From assembly GCF_006345805.1 (NCBI RefSeq), contig NC_042997.1, positions 25,668,001 to 25,732,000 on the forward strand: 64,000 nt of DNA. The letters are read 5' to 3'. The stretch is from Octopus sinensis. Taxonomy: Eukaryota. Positions 14,063 through 26,179 of this stretch are shown here, one piece after another. Both the position numbers and the translations under genes were made by a program. The notes under the pieces are model-generated. The model had not been told where the DNA came from, did not search any database, and saw only the letters and a list, made by a program, of their open reading frames with translations. Position 1 is the stretch's first letter. Each line of letters starts with the position of its first letter.

Positions 14063-14549
14063 TTACAGATACATACACAAAGAGACATGTGCACACACAA
14101 GCACACATACAAGCATATTTGTGTTCGGGCATGTTTTACGTAAGATTAAGCAAAGCGACTGCAAATTCTAAAACATATTTATCATCAAATCACCATCATA
14201 TTATTGTTTCTGTATGTCATGACATGTGTATATGTACTTATGTATGGTTTTATGTTCTTTATTAATATTGGCCTTTAAATGTAACTAATGCACTTTTTCC
14301 GTTGCATCACTGAAATCGAGTTTAATTAGAAAAAACAACGGTATCATTCAACTAGTATTTATTTTTAATTGAAATGTCAGCATTTGTGAGATAAGTTCGG
14401 AAACCTTAGCATATATATACAAACAGCAGGATAACATACATTCATGTTATAGAGATAGGGTTCCTAATGAAACACTCATTGAAAATGAGAATATATTGAA
14501 TGAAACTATTGGCATTAATTTTGAGTAAAATAACTCTAACGATAATGAA

Positions 14550-15660
14550 GTTTATTAAAACATTCTACAAATCTATCGGTAGAAACAAATTATTTACTGA
14601 AGATATTCTCCTCTATGTTATTTGTAGAATAAAAGCTCATACATTTTATGTGAAACAAACAGAATTTGAATTGATTAACGATGTTTTTTCGAGTATCCTT
14701 GTGTCTGGGTTTAAGTGATTCATAGGAGGTATTTCCTCGAAACTTTTCGATGTAATGTATATCAACCCCACTCGGCACCCCAAAAAGAGACTCCCCGTCC
14801 TTGATAATGAACTTTGGTTAGAGACTGTGAATAATAGAGTGCAGCTCCAACACTCCTATTATATAAAAGCCATAGCTTCGAAGTACTTTATTCACAAGAA
14901 CTCAGCTTTGTTACACATCACGAAAATTAACATACTGATAGCAGACATAATTAGGATAATGAACAACGTGCTCCCACCGCTATGAAAACCCTATGGAACG
15001 AAAAAACATGTACAGAACTTCAGGAACCGCATGCAATTCTCTGGTTATGATAAAAATGATAGGGTGCCAAAAAGTAATTGATAATATTATATGTAATGAT
15101 ACATGTGGTACTGCTCTAGATATAGAAACGAAGACGGGAATAGGATACAAATAACTTGTAACAAATCAAACAGGGTGAATACGATATAAAACCGACAAAT
15201 AATCGAGAAGTGATGTTTGTAGAGGCCACAGACCATGGAGAACGGTTTAGAAAAGCTCTGAAAGAGAGAGACCAAACTCAACAATCTTAAGATTGTTGAA
15301 AAGCCAGGGAACACCGTCAGATCACAACTATGTAGGACGTACATCTTTGAGAATACTATATGCACCAATGATAACTGAATGGTATGTGGGATTAGTCCTG
15401 TCATAAACTGTAGAACTAGAAATGTAGTTTAAAGCATAAGATGCACAGAAGGTGCTTCTAAAGACATGAACATAACATACCTAAGGAGACATCTAGGAGC
15501 ATTGCAGAAACGACCATGCCAACAATCATGCCAATGACCAACATAGAGGCAACCTGGATCAACTTGACATCCACATCGTATCCAAGTATCCAAAGGACCC
15601 AACACTCAGGCAAATACAGGGGAACGTCCTCATAAAGGAGACTTTCCAAATACTAAATAG
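14550..15660 (+). mobile_element. Penelope-like element relic (RT thumb and GIY-YIG endonuclease)
   Basis: LPVLDNELW...HSYYIKAIASKYFIHKNSA...KINILIADIIRIMNNV, then FRNRMQFSGY, KIVEKPGNTV, CRTRNVV, GETSRSIAE and YPKDPTLRQI (GIY-YIG module). Confidence 0.75.
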
Positions 15661-16249
15661 GAAATATACGTAGTAGATATCATACACGCATACCCACAGT
15701 TTATACAGGTAGAGTAGAATAGTTAGTGGACTATTATGTAGATAGATGTATGTATGTGTGTGTATGCGTCGGTGTATGTATATATGTATATGTATATGCA
15801 CATTTATGTAAGTATATGGATATGAAAGTAACCAGATAGACATACAGAGGGATAGGTACATAGGTTATATGAACAGACAAGCATACATACACACACACTC
15901 AAATACTGAAACACATGACCATATATACACACACACTTTACTTCACACAATGACACATATGGAGACGCACGTCCATACATATAGAGATGCACATCCATGC
16001 ATAAAAATACAGTACACAGTTGCAAACTCCACACACACACGCTCAGATATGCACATACAAGGAGACAGAGGAGCACACACACACACATATACATAAAAAC
16101 ATACAAACATGGACACGCAAACACATCAAAATACAGAATACATACATACAAATGTACACATATACATACATACACACAGATGCACGCATGCATTCATACA
16201 TGTGCATGCACACTCACACTGACCCACACACTTTCTTTCTATAATGTGG

Positions 16250-16850
16250 AAGCAAGGCTCAAAGAAGACTACGCCCCCAGCAACTGGATTTTTGGAGGAA
16301 GCCTTCTCGCCTCTCCCTTGTGGAGAGAAAGAAAGAGAGAGATCGAGAGAGCGGGAGAGAGGAGGAGAACAGAGCTGTTACGAAATAAAATAAATTATCT
16401 CATGTACTTACGCCAACAATATCAGTCACTCTAATGATAAATGCCCAAAAACCATAAATAGCGACAGTCTCAGCTTCGTGTCGGCGGCAAAAGTTGACCA
16501 AGAGAAGCCTAAACCTTAGCATGGAAGAATTTATAAAATACACATGCTTACTACAAAGATACGGCACCAATGTCTGTCTAACCCTACCCTGCGAAATCAC
16601 GTAACTCACCTTGCGCAAAACGATCACATAAAATTTCTTTTAAAAAACACGAAAATAGAACACACCTCCAAAGAACTAATCGAAAAATTGCTACAGCTCA
16701 TTTAGAGCAGGACCACCTACTTGGCAAGGGGTAAAAACAATTGGCACTGTGGAGTTAAGATTCGCTTCAGAAGACGAAGCTAAAGAACACACCACAGTTA
16801 CATTAAACATTTGTGCTATTTGAACTATTGCTACTACCAACTTATTTGGG
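16250..16850 (+). mobile_element. Possible L1/Tx1-type LINE 5' end (5' UTR and start of ORF1)
   Basis: With frameshifts it reads SFVSAAKVDQEKPKP..MEEFIKYTCLLQRYG...LTLRKTIT...GTVELRFASEDEAKEH, resembling ORF1 N-terminal/RRM regions. No RT is seen nearby. Confidence 0.35.
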
Positions 16851-17104
16851 GAGGCATAAGGCCCTTTAGGAGAATTTCACTCAAAATTTTGGCCACGGCT
16901 AATATCGGCCACATATATTCATATATACACACATTTATGAGCGCGCACATATACACGTGTGCGCTTGCACATATGTATATAAGTGTGCAATGCATAGGCA
17001 CGTTGAAAACGCCTGTCGTCTCAAAAAGTAGAAATGGTGCCATGTAAGCTTAATTCATTCGAAATATACTCACACAAAAGTTATTTTCGAACTAAACGAT
17101 TACC

Positions 17105-17327
17105 TATTTCTTTACTACCCACAAGGGGCTAAACACAGAGAGGAGGAACAAGGACAGATTAAATCGATTATATCGACCCCAGTGCGTAACTGGTACTTAT
17201 TTAATCGACCCCGAAAGGATGAAAGGCAAAGTGGACCTCGGCGGAATTTGAACACAGAACGTAACGGCAGACGAAATACGGCTACGCATTTCGCCCGGCG
17301 TGCTAACGATTCTGCCAGGTCGCCGCC
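17105..17327 (-). mobile_element. SINE family B, full-length, with 13-bp TSD
   Basis: tRNA-like head GGCGACCTGGCAGAATCGTTAGC...GTTCAAATTCC and central GCCTTTCATCCTTTCGGGGTCGATT. Flanked by a perfect direct repeat CTAAACGATTACC at 17092-17104 and 17328-17340. Confidence 0.92.
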
Positions 17328-17399
17328 CTAAACGATTACCACCGAAAAATATACTTTTTCTTCCTGAAAGTCAAATGGTGATGGGAGTGATGAGACCTA

Positions 17400-18215
17400 C
17401 AGTATTAACAGACTAGAAGTATATAGCTGTTGGAAATATATATACAATGTGAAATCGACAAACACTCCACCACAAAGTTCTAGAGAAAGTTCACATTATA
17501 GCAATCGGAATGTCTTAAGGTGGAGTGGACGTATTGTTCGAATGAGTAATACCAGAATCTCAAAGCAACTGCTTTATGAGTAATTGAGACAAAGAAAGAC
17601 GAAAGCCTCTAATCTAAGCAGCAGTACAAAGACCGTGTTATAATAAACTTGGTAAATTGTGAGAGCAAGCTGCTGTGTAGAATAAACTGGAGAAAAACAA
17701 AACAAAACAATATTTGATAGTGTCACATTATTTGAGAGTCATGTGTCTTACAAAAGAGAAATTCGGAAGAAGAGACAAGTGGTAACATCAAGACTTGCGG
17801 ATAAATGTAGTAAATGTGAAATAGGTGGAACAATCTATCTTCATCTTGCTGGTTTGAAGAGCCACATGAAAAGATATGACGATATGAAGCAGATGCAGTA
17901 TTGACAGCACCTCTGCCTGCACTGCAAAGACATGAATGTGGCAAATACATGAATTCGAAAGCTAACATGAAATATATTCTACGAATTTGATACTGGGGAG
18001 AGAAACGAGAGGAAAAGAGTCCATCTCCTATGCTCCTGTCTTAAGGTTTTCCCTTGATACACGCCAGCTCAATTACAACACCTGTTGTAATATTCTTGTT
18101 GTTTGTATTTGTAATTGTGTACCATGTTTTCCGTTTTTTGTTTTTGTTGTACATATTCGCTGGCTTTGTTACAAAAAAGCTAATGCTCTTAGCGTAGGCT
18201 TTTTTGTGGAGTAAC
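17400..18215 (+). mobile_element. RTE-clade LINE 3' end (post-RT region, C2H2-like fingers, 3' UTR)
   Basis: KVLEKVHI, LRWSGRIVRMSNTRISKQLLYE (cf. LRWxGHVxRMxDxRIPKQLLYGEL), LAGLKSHMKR and HECGKYMNSKANMK. The 3' ~340 bp recurs at 24285-24622. Confidence 0.75.
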
Positions 18216-18420
18216 CAGATCGAACAGTCACAAGTGTAACTGCCAGAAACTGTAAAGACATCTGGTAACTTGACTGAAGAAAGAAGGCCACGAATTACCT
18301 GTCCATATTTTCCTTTCCCACTAATTGTTGTATTTCCTGTCCGCCGTTGTATCATCTACCTTTTAGGATATTTTATTTTCCTCTAATGCGTTTTTGTTCC
18401 ATTATATATATATATATATA

Positions 18421-19224
18421 AACAAAGAACACTAACGGGGGTTTCTTAATTTTTATTGTCTTATTTCTTATTTCTTATTTTCCCGATGGCCAGTCGCTTG
18501 ACTGTTTAGCAGCCAGCTAAGACAGCAGCATGCTAGCAAGTGTGGAATTCCATTATTTCGGTTCAGAGATGGTGGCGTGCATGGAAAGGTAAGCATGCAA
18601 CACTACGTCCGCAAACAATAAAACATTGTCATGCAAAGCTGATGACCGCGAGTTCTGTGAACGATGCATGAAGAAGCGGTCGTTCAACCACTTCCCGATC
18701 AGCGGAGAACGTGGCACCAGTGCTAGAAATGTATAATCGCAGCCCACCAAAAAAATCAACACGTCAAGCAGCTAATGAAAGTGGACTAACAAGATACAAA
18801 TTGCATAGTGTTGCATAAAGAATTAAATTGTCGTTCGTGGAAAACCCATTACGTGCAGGAGTTAGAACCTGAACACTGTGACTGCAGACGTCCAGAAGTC
18901 AGGAACAACAAGGTGTTTAGATCTCGCTCCATGTGAATTTTACCTGTGGTGTTACACAAAAGAGGTGTAAAAGACAAAACCTTGCATACTGGAGAACTTG
19001 CAGACAAAGGTTCAGGAGGTTTACACTGATATCCCAGAGGACGTCCTCCAGAGGGTTGTTCATTCCATCCTTGGTCGTTTGAGGAAACTGGTTGATGCCA
19101 CTGGTGCTTACATTGAAATATAAGATTTACTTTCATTTTCCTATGTTATAAAGAACATATATCATTTGTTTCAATACATTGTAAAAGGAATATGGATTTT
19201 GTTCCCAATTTTTAATGACTACTG
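18421..19224 (+). mobile_element. Tc1/mariner (DD41D-like) internally deleted relic
   Basis: From ATG 18486 it reads MASRLTV...SVQRWWRAWKGKHA...RSGR...KKSTRQAANESGL...WKTHYVQEL, jumps to DLAPCEFYLW...RLRKLVDATGAYIEI, and ends ...AATTTTTAATGACTACTG followed by TA (right TIR). No left TIR is visible. Confidence 0.75.
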
Positions 19225-19236
19225 TATATATATATA

Positions 19237-19289
<53 letters not shown>

Positions 19290-19438
19290 AAAAAAGGAGA
19301 TGTCGAACACGAGTGGTGATATATAAAGGTTTATCATATTTTGATAAGCATAACAAATGCGCAACCGGTAAAAAGAACTTTCACCTAATTAAATTACTTA
19401 AATTACTTCAATTATTTGTCAGCATTTTCTTCATTTCC

Positions 19439-19522
<84 letters not shown>

Positions 19523-19572
19523 ACATATATATATATATAATATATATATTATATATAATATATATATATATA

Positions 19573-20108
19573 CAGGGTGTCCCCAAAAAATGTATACACA
19601 TGCTGCAACAGTCTGTCATGCCAAGCATTAGAGAGGACTTTGAACAGGAAGAGTTTTATTTCCAGCAAGATGGGGCACCTCCACACTACCATCGCGATGT
19701 TAGATCCTTTCTTGATGGGATCTTGCCAAACAGGTGGATTGGACGGAGAGATTTTGTCGAATTCCCTCCACGTTCACCAGACCTCACACCACTAGACTTG
19801 TTTTTATGGGGATACCTAAAGGACAAAGTCTACGCACAGAAACCTGCAACAGTCGTTCAATTGAGGGCAACCATTGAACATGATTGTACAAATATCCCAA
19901 GGGAATTGTTCCATGATGTGTGCCATTCCATCGCTTCGCGTTGTCAGCAGTGTCTGGAGCAGAACGGACATCAGTTTGAGAACATGCGATAACAAGACAA
20001 TAGAATGATATTTGTAAATTCTTTTACATGTTGAAAATTATTCGAATTATAATAAACCCCAAATTTACAATTATTTAAGGTGTGTATACATTTTTTGGGG
20101 ACACCCTG
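19573..20108 (+). mobile_element. DD41D (rosa/VS-type) Tc1/mariner deletion derivative, 536 bp, perfect 28-bp TIRs
   Basis: TIR CAGGGTGTCCCCAAAAAATGTATACACA at 19573-19600 has an exact reverse complement at 20081-20108, with TA on both sides. ORF 19600-19992 FQQDGAPPHY...RSPDLTPLDLFLWG has 41 residues between the Asp's and no stop or frameshift. Confidence 0.95.
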
Positions 20109-20675
20109 TATATATATATATATATTGGTATCCCCCCAAAGTACACTAAAATGCAATACGTAACCAAATTTAGGGTACCACATTCCGCACTTGTGTTCAG
20201 TATTGAATAATGTGAGGTGTGAAACTCGGGTTCGACTCCATCCCCATCATCATCTTCATCATCATCATCGTCGTCTTCGTCTTCATCGTCATCATCATCA
20301 TCGTCGTCATCATCATGAAACTAAACGTCTTGAAGAATATGTGTTATACCTTTCTAATTGTTGCAGTTGGTGTTTGTATTTATAAATGCTTTACTCACAC
20401 CTCCATGAACTCGATGCGCCGCATTATGACCAAACAACTTCAATCCATCGCCATTCTTATATTTCGTCATACCTTTATAGCTTGGACGACAACTTTGCTT
20501 TTCTGTCTTTAAACGAGTGCGGTATTGACAGGAGTCAGTTACACTTTCTAAAAGGTGATTGAGCACTCCGGGACTTAGTTGTCATATCCCTGAACAGCTC
20601 TGCCCGAGCACGCTGTGTAGACGTCTCCTGATTGTGTTATTATAAATTTTCTCCTTACGTTTTTTTTATATCGCA

Positions 20676-21063
20676 CTAGCAGTATCGCCCGGCGTTGCTC
20701 GGGTTTGTATAGGAAATAACTATACAGCATTTTTAGAGAGTTATAGCCAAAAAATAGCAAAAAAATGCATTAAAAATGGAAAAAATATGATGGTATATTT
20801 TTTAAAAATCGCTGACTCATCGTAGACATTTTTAGAGAGTTACTTCCCTTTAAAAAAATATGCATGAAAATGGAAAAAAATGATGGTAAATTATTTTTAA
20901 AATCGTAGACTCATCGTAGACGCGCGCTATTACCCAGAAGGGCTCGATATAAATCACGACTATAAGATACCCGGTTTTGGTTAAACCGCAAAATGTGGGA
21001 GTAGTTAGGAATCTAAATCGAAGGGGACAGACACTCACACAACTACAGTTTTATATATAAAGA
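20676..21063 (-). mobile_element. Non-autonomous Helitron, copy 1
   Basis: On the minus strand: 5' TC(TTTATATATAAAA), 3' GC-rich hairpin CCCGAGCAACGCCGGG, CTAG end, inserted between A and T. Same family as 44199-44467 and 51985-52380. Confidence 0.85.
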
Positions 21064-21204
21064 TTAGAGACAATTTAATTTTGACAATATATTTATCATT
21101 TATATTTAGAATTTTTAAATATGCGATTATTCATCTCGCAGTCAACATAGTAGTTTGCTTATTACTTCTTATTCATCATCATCATCATCATCTTCTTCTT
21201 CTTC

Positions 21205-21236
<32 letters not shown>

Positions 21237-21603
21237 CTTCTTCTTCTTCTTCTCCTTCTTCTTCTTCTTCTTCTCTTCTTCTTCTTCTTCTTCTTCTTCT
21301 TCTTCTTCTTCTTCTTTCACTATTATTTACATTCTGCGCACGTGTGATCGTTCGTTTAGTTGTTCATATGGCAGGATAAAATATTCAAAACGTCGACATG
21401 TTTACGGACTCTCGAGATATTAATCCGTATTGCATATGTATTAAATAATTTTGAAATGCAAAAATTGGCAAACGCAGCGCATACACGGACACATAAATCA
21501 CATACTTACATATCTATATATAAACATACACATATATTTACAACAATGTATGTATATATGGATATACATATATGGATATATACATATATAAATACATACA
21601 TGG

Positions 21604-21610
21604 ATACATG

Positions 21611-21659
<49 letters not shown>

Positions 21660-22006
21660 CCATACACCATCACACACAGACAAACACACACATATATACA
21701 CATACGCATGCGCCCATGTACACATAGAGGGGATTGGTAGAACTAACAAGGTAGCTAGGACTTCGTATACGAGTACATTTATTTCATTATTATGGATTTA
21801 ATGAACAGAAAGTGTACTTTGGGGGGATACCAATATATACATGTATATATATACCATACACCATCACACACAGACAAACACACACATATATACACATACA
21901 CATGCGCACATGTACACATAGAGGGGATTGGTAGAACTAACAAGGTAGCTAGGACTTCGTATACGAGTACATTTATTTCTTTATTATGGACTTAATGGAC
22001 AGAAAT
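21604..22006. repeat. Local direct duplication (~150-200 bp) separated by an inverted copy of 20119-20147
   Basis: 21660-21810 matches 21855-22006 with about 6 mismatches. The junction 21811-21839 is the exact reverse complement of 20119-20147. Confidence 0.85.
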
Positions 22007-22630
22007 TACAAAACTAACACAAGGAATAAGAGGTTCACCATGCTTGTAATTCTCGTTACTTCAGTCAGCTTGGTTGCTCTCTCTCCTCTTCAAAGATAAT
22101 TCATATGTATCTGTAAATATTTTTCTTTAATTTTTGCGCACGAGAGTGCATAACAGATAAATAGGCACATACACATATTTAAATGTGTATACATATAATC
22201 TAAATGCATATACACATGCATAAACACATACATACATAAATAAATATATGCAATATATACACATATATGTATGTGCATCTATGCTTGTGTGTAAATGTGT
22301 GTATCCATATGCATATATACATTCACAGTGACCTACTCACATCTGGTATCGCGTTTGAGTGCTACATATTTCAAATTTTTGATCATCCCAGTGTTATATT
22401 TATAGTGTTATATATGAACTTGATGATAGTTCCATAGACACGTCGCTGATATAATCGTCAAACAGAGCAGTTGCATTAAGGTCTAGATTATGGTAAGGCT
22501 TTTGTAAAACACATACAATCAGATGATATGAATCCGGATTGACGTGCTGCAGTAGGCTTTGGGATCGAACTTTTAAATACACGTTCATTTCAACGCCTGC
22601 ATATGATGTACATACATAAATACATACATA

Positions 22631-22847
22631 CTCTTTTACTTGTTTCAGTCATTTGACTGCGGCCATGCTGGAGCACCGCCTTTAGTCGAGCAAATCGACC
22701 CCGGGACTTATTCTTTGTAAGCCCAGTACTTATTCCATCGGTCTCCTTTGCCGAACCGCTAAGTGACGGGGACGTAAATACACCAGCATCGGTTGTCAAG
22801 CAATGCTAGGGGAACAAACACAGACACACAAACACACACACACTTAC

Positions 22848-22878
<31 letters not shown>

Positions 22879-23044
22879 TACGACAGGCTTCTTTCAGTTT
22901 CCGTCTACCAAATCCACTCACAAGGCATTGGTCGGCCCGGGGCTATAACAGAAGACACTTGCCCAAGATGCCACGCAGTGGGACTGAACCCGGAACCATG
23001 TGGTTGGTTAGGAAGCTACTTACCACACAGCCACTCCTGCGCCT
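22631..23044 (-). mobile_element. SINE family A, full-length
   Basis: Head GGCGCAGGAGTGGCTGTGTGG (A-box-like), GGTTCAGTCCC (B-box-like), (C/T)TTGGGCA(A)G CORE-like segment, central (TA)n(TG)n, tail ...GAAACAAGTAAAAGAG. Confidence 0.92.
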
Positions 23045-23074
23045 CCATGCGTACATATTTTCTGTAAACCCCTT

Positions 23075-23230
23075 GTTATTCATGTTAAGGATGTCTGAAA
23101 GCTATCTCACTGGATTCACAAAGAAACAGAAATACCTAGTTAGAACATTCTCAAAGGATGTAGGGTTGGGGTTTGCTCAGGATAAATGTTATATGGTTGT
23201 GAAAAGGAGGAGAGAATGTAAACCAGACTA
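23075..23230 (+). mobile_element. R4-like RT fragment
   Basis: NPLLFML...LVRTFSKDVGLGFAQDKCYMVVKRR matches FSxDIGMxFGxDKCxxxxxKRG. Confidence 0.6.
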
Positions 23231-23511
23231 GCACCATCTCCATCAGTTACATTGGTGGAGATGTTGCTCGTCTCCATCTCCATCTCCATCAAGTTTATCA
23301 TATAAATATGCAACTACATGCATGTGGCTACATACACAAAACAAAACATATAAATCTGCACATATACATACATGCAAACAAAAATACCTTGTTGTTGATG
23401 TTGAAATTCCAATGAAGGAACCTTGGATCTGGTTTAGAAACCGGCTCTATCCTTATTGGCAAGAAATCTTGAAATAAATCTGAATAATGATAAACATACA
23501 TGCATACATAT

Positions 23512-23900
23512 AGGCGCAGGAGTGGCTGTGTGGTAAGTAGCTTGTTTACCAACCACATGGTTCCGGATTCAGTCCCACTGCGTGGCACCTTGGGCAAGTG
23601 TCTTCTACTATAGCCTCGGGCCGACCAAAGCCTTGTGAGTGGAAACTGAAAGAAGCCCGCCGTATATATATATGTATATATATGTGTGCGTGTATGTTTG
23701 TTTGTCTGTGTTTGTCCTATCCAACATCGCTTGACAACCGATGCTGGTGTGTTTATGTACCCGTTACTTAGCGGTTCGGCAAAAGAGACCCATAGAATAA
23801 GTACTAGGTTACAAAGAATAAGTCCCTGGGGTCGATTTGCTCGATTAAAGGCGGTGCTCCAGCATGGCCGCAGTCAAATGACTGAAACAAGTAAAAAAGA
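23512..23900 (+). mobile_element. SINE family A, full-length
   Basis: Same head, body and tail as 22631-23044, in opposite orientation. Confidence 0.92.
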
Positions 23901-24254
23901 GATATATAGAAGCATGCATATGTCATAATTCAGATTGATACCAATAATAACACTGTACAACAAAAATGAACATTATTTTAACTACAGAGATGAGAATAAC
24001 ATTTTCTAGTGTAGAGTTATGCGTAGATCACGAAAATGGCAACCATTTCTCACAGAATGACTCTAATTTATAATTGCTGCACATAGATTTGTGAGTTAAT
24101 GCCTCAGTAAGAAGTAGATGCTTAAGGTTTTCAGGAAAAGAACTCAACCAACTTGCACAGTAGAAGTACAATCCGTAGGTTGAACAGTAAAACTATGCAA
24201 AACATTTGTCAAGCACAGTATTGGTTTCCAATTAGTTTGTGGGTGGGGTTGGGG

Positions 24255-24760
24255 TGGATTAAGTCGATTATATCGACTCAAGTGAAAAGATATGACGATA
24301 TGAAGCAGATGCAGTATTGACAGCACCTCTGCCTGCACTGCAGTATGTGTGTCAAAGACATGAATTCGAAAGCTAACATGAAATATATTCTACGAATTGA
24401 TACTAGGGAGAGAAACGAGAGGAAAAGAGTCCATCTCCTATGCTCCTGTCTTAACGTTTTCCCTTAATACACGCCAGCTCAATTTGATTCGTCCTAAGTC
24501 GAAAGACACCTGTTGTAATATTCTTGTTGTTTGTATTTGTAATTGTGTACCATGTTCTCCGTTTTTTGTATTTGTTGTACATATTCGCTGGCTTTGTTAC
24601 AAAAAATCTAATGCTCTTAGCGTTAGTACTTAGTACTTATTTCATCGAACCTGGAAGGATGAAAGCAAAAACAACCGAGGCGAAATTTGAACACAAATCG
24701 GAAAGACACTCGATATGCCGCTGAGCATTTTGCCTGTCGTGCTAACCATTCTGTAAGTCT
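24255..24760. mobile_element. Decayed SINE B (- strand) interrupted by an RTE 3'-end copy (+ strand, 24285-24622)
   Basis: The SINE B segment GGATTAAGTCGATTATATCGAC..GTG stops at 24284 and resumes at ~24625 (GTACTTATTTCATCGA..GGATGAAAG). The insert matches ~17870-18215. Confidence 0.7.
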
Positions 24761-25445
24761 ATTGCCTGTTCTCAACTTTAATATTGACATTGTTTTTCTC
24801 AATCAGATTCTAACGAAGAAGCTTTGTGTCATTGATAAGAACTAGCTCGTTCCTTAGAGGAAGAATTTAAGCAGAAAATATCATCTACAAATATGCAGGA
24901 TTATAGAAATAAATCCTGATATCTTAAAGAGATGATAGTGATGATAATTATGATGATGACGGTAGTGATGAGGGTGATGGTGATGATGATGATGATGACG
25001 ACGACGACGGTGTTTGTGGTGATGGTGGTTGGGTATTGGTTTTCTGGCGGCCCACCCTGTATATATATATACATACATACACATATATATATGTATATGT
25101 ATATGTATATGTTCCTACACATCGCTGGTCACAATGCGCTTAGCATTGTTTTAGCCTTCAAAGGACGCCACCCTGCTGGCTAAGCGAGCAGGCCAATATG
25201 TAGCTGTATATGTATATAATTTGAGAAAAACTACTATTAATTCAATAAAGAAAGAGGTACTACTGTTTACTATTCATTGTACCTTATTGATTTAAAATAT
25301 AGTTGTTTATAGAATATTTTTCTATATGGGGTGAATATCATCTTTCTTTATTGAATTGTTTAATATATATATTGTGAAATTTTAATTTAAAATTGTTAAA
25401 CTGAATTACTGAATTTTTCTCTTTATGTTTTGGAATTATATTCCC

Positions 25446-25520
<75 letters not shown>

Positions 25521-26097
25521 CTACGGTTGGCTGTCGGGTATGTAATGTGTTTTTTCTTATATGTCTTGAGTTCGTTGCACTGAAGAGCATAGAATGCATA
25601 GAATGCATTGATTGCGAAATCACAGGTAATATGTAACTAAATTCTGTTTTTGAATGACTTGCTTTGAAGTTTTGCATTCGGTACAATTTGTTTATTTTAG
25701 TAGTTTTGACTGCAAATGTGCCTCCTAGAGTGCGGTACCTATGAATAATAGTACCCTCTATATAATATAAATAAATATTTTCAAAGTGGAAAAATTTACA
25801 GATTTTTTCTCTTACGAGGTTTTTCACGCTAACTACTGATAATTTCTTATAAAGATTTTATCCTTATTTTTAAATTTATATATATATATATATATATAAT
25901 TAATTAATAAGGGTGAGAGAATTAGATACTAATTTAATAGTATATCTATTCAACACCAAGTGGCCTAGTGCTCCGAGTTAGTGCTCTGTTAGTTGGGGCA
26001 TTTGAATTATAACGTCGGATGTAATCAATTGAACCACACGTGTATTTATCGTTATGGTAAAATCTGGCGTGTGATTGAGTGGATTTCATCCAGATAG

Positions 26098-26179
26098 TTT
26101 TGGCTGACGAGCTACAAGTGGATTTTTTTGTAAGTAAAATTACATTTAATTCATTAATAGCGAAACAATTGTCCCAAAA
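26098..26179 (+). ncRNA. Type I hammerhead ribozyme (minimal, palindromic stem III), copy 1
   Basis: TTTTGG(26098-103) CTGACGA(104-110) GCTA(111-114) 43-nt loop TAGC(158-161) GAAA(162-165) CAATTG(166-171) T C(173)| CCAAAA(174-179). All core positions are canonical and the cleavage triplet is GUC. Confidence 0.85.

Noticed and set aside
18270-18355. Minus-strand peptide GKGKYGQVIRG resembling a kinase glycine loop, with a CAG|GTAATT donor
   Set aside because: No VAIK or other kinase motif follows, and no partner exons were found.
20229-20239. Isolated B-box-like GGTTCGACTCC
   Set aside because: There is no upstream A box or cloverleaf.
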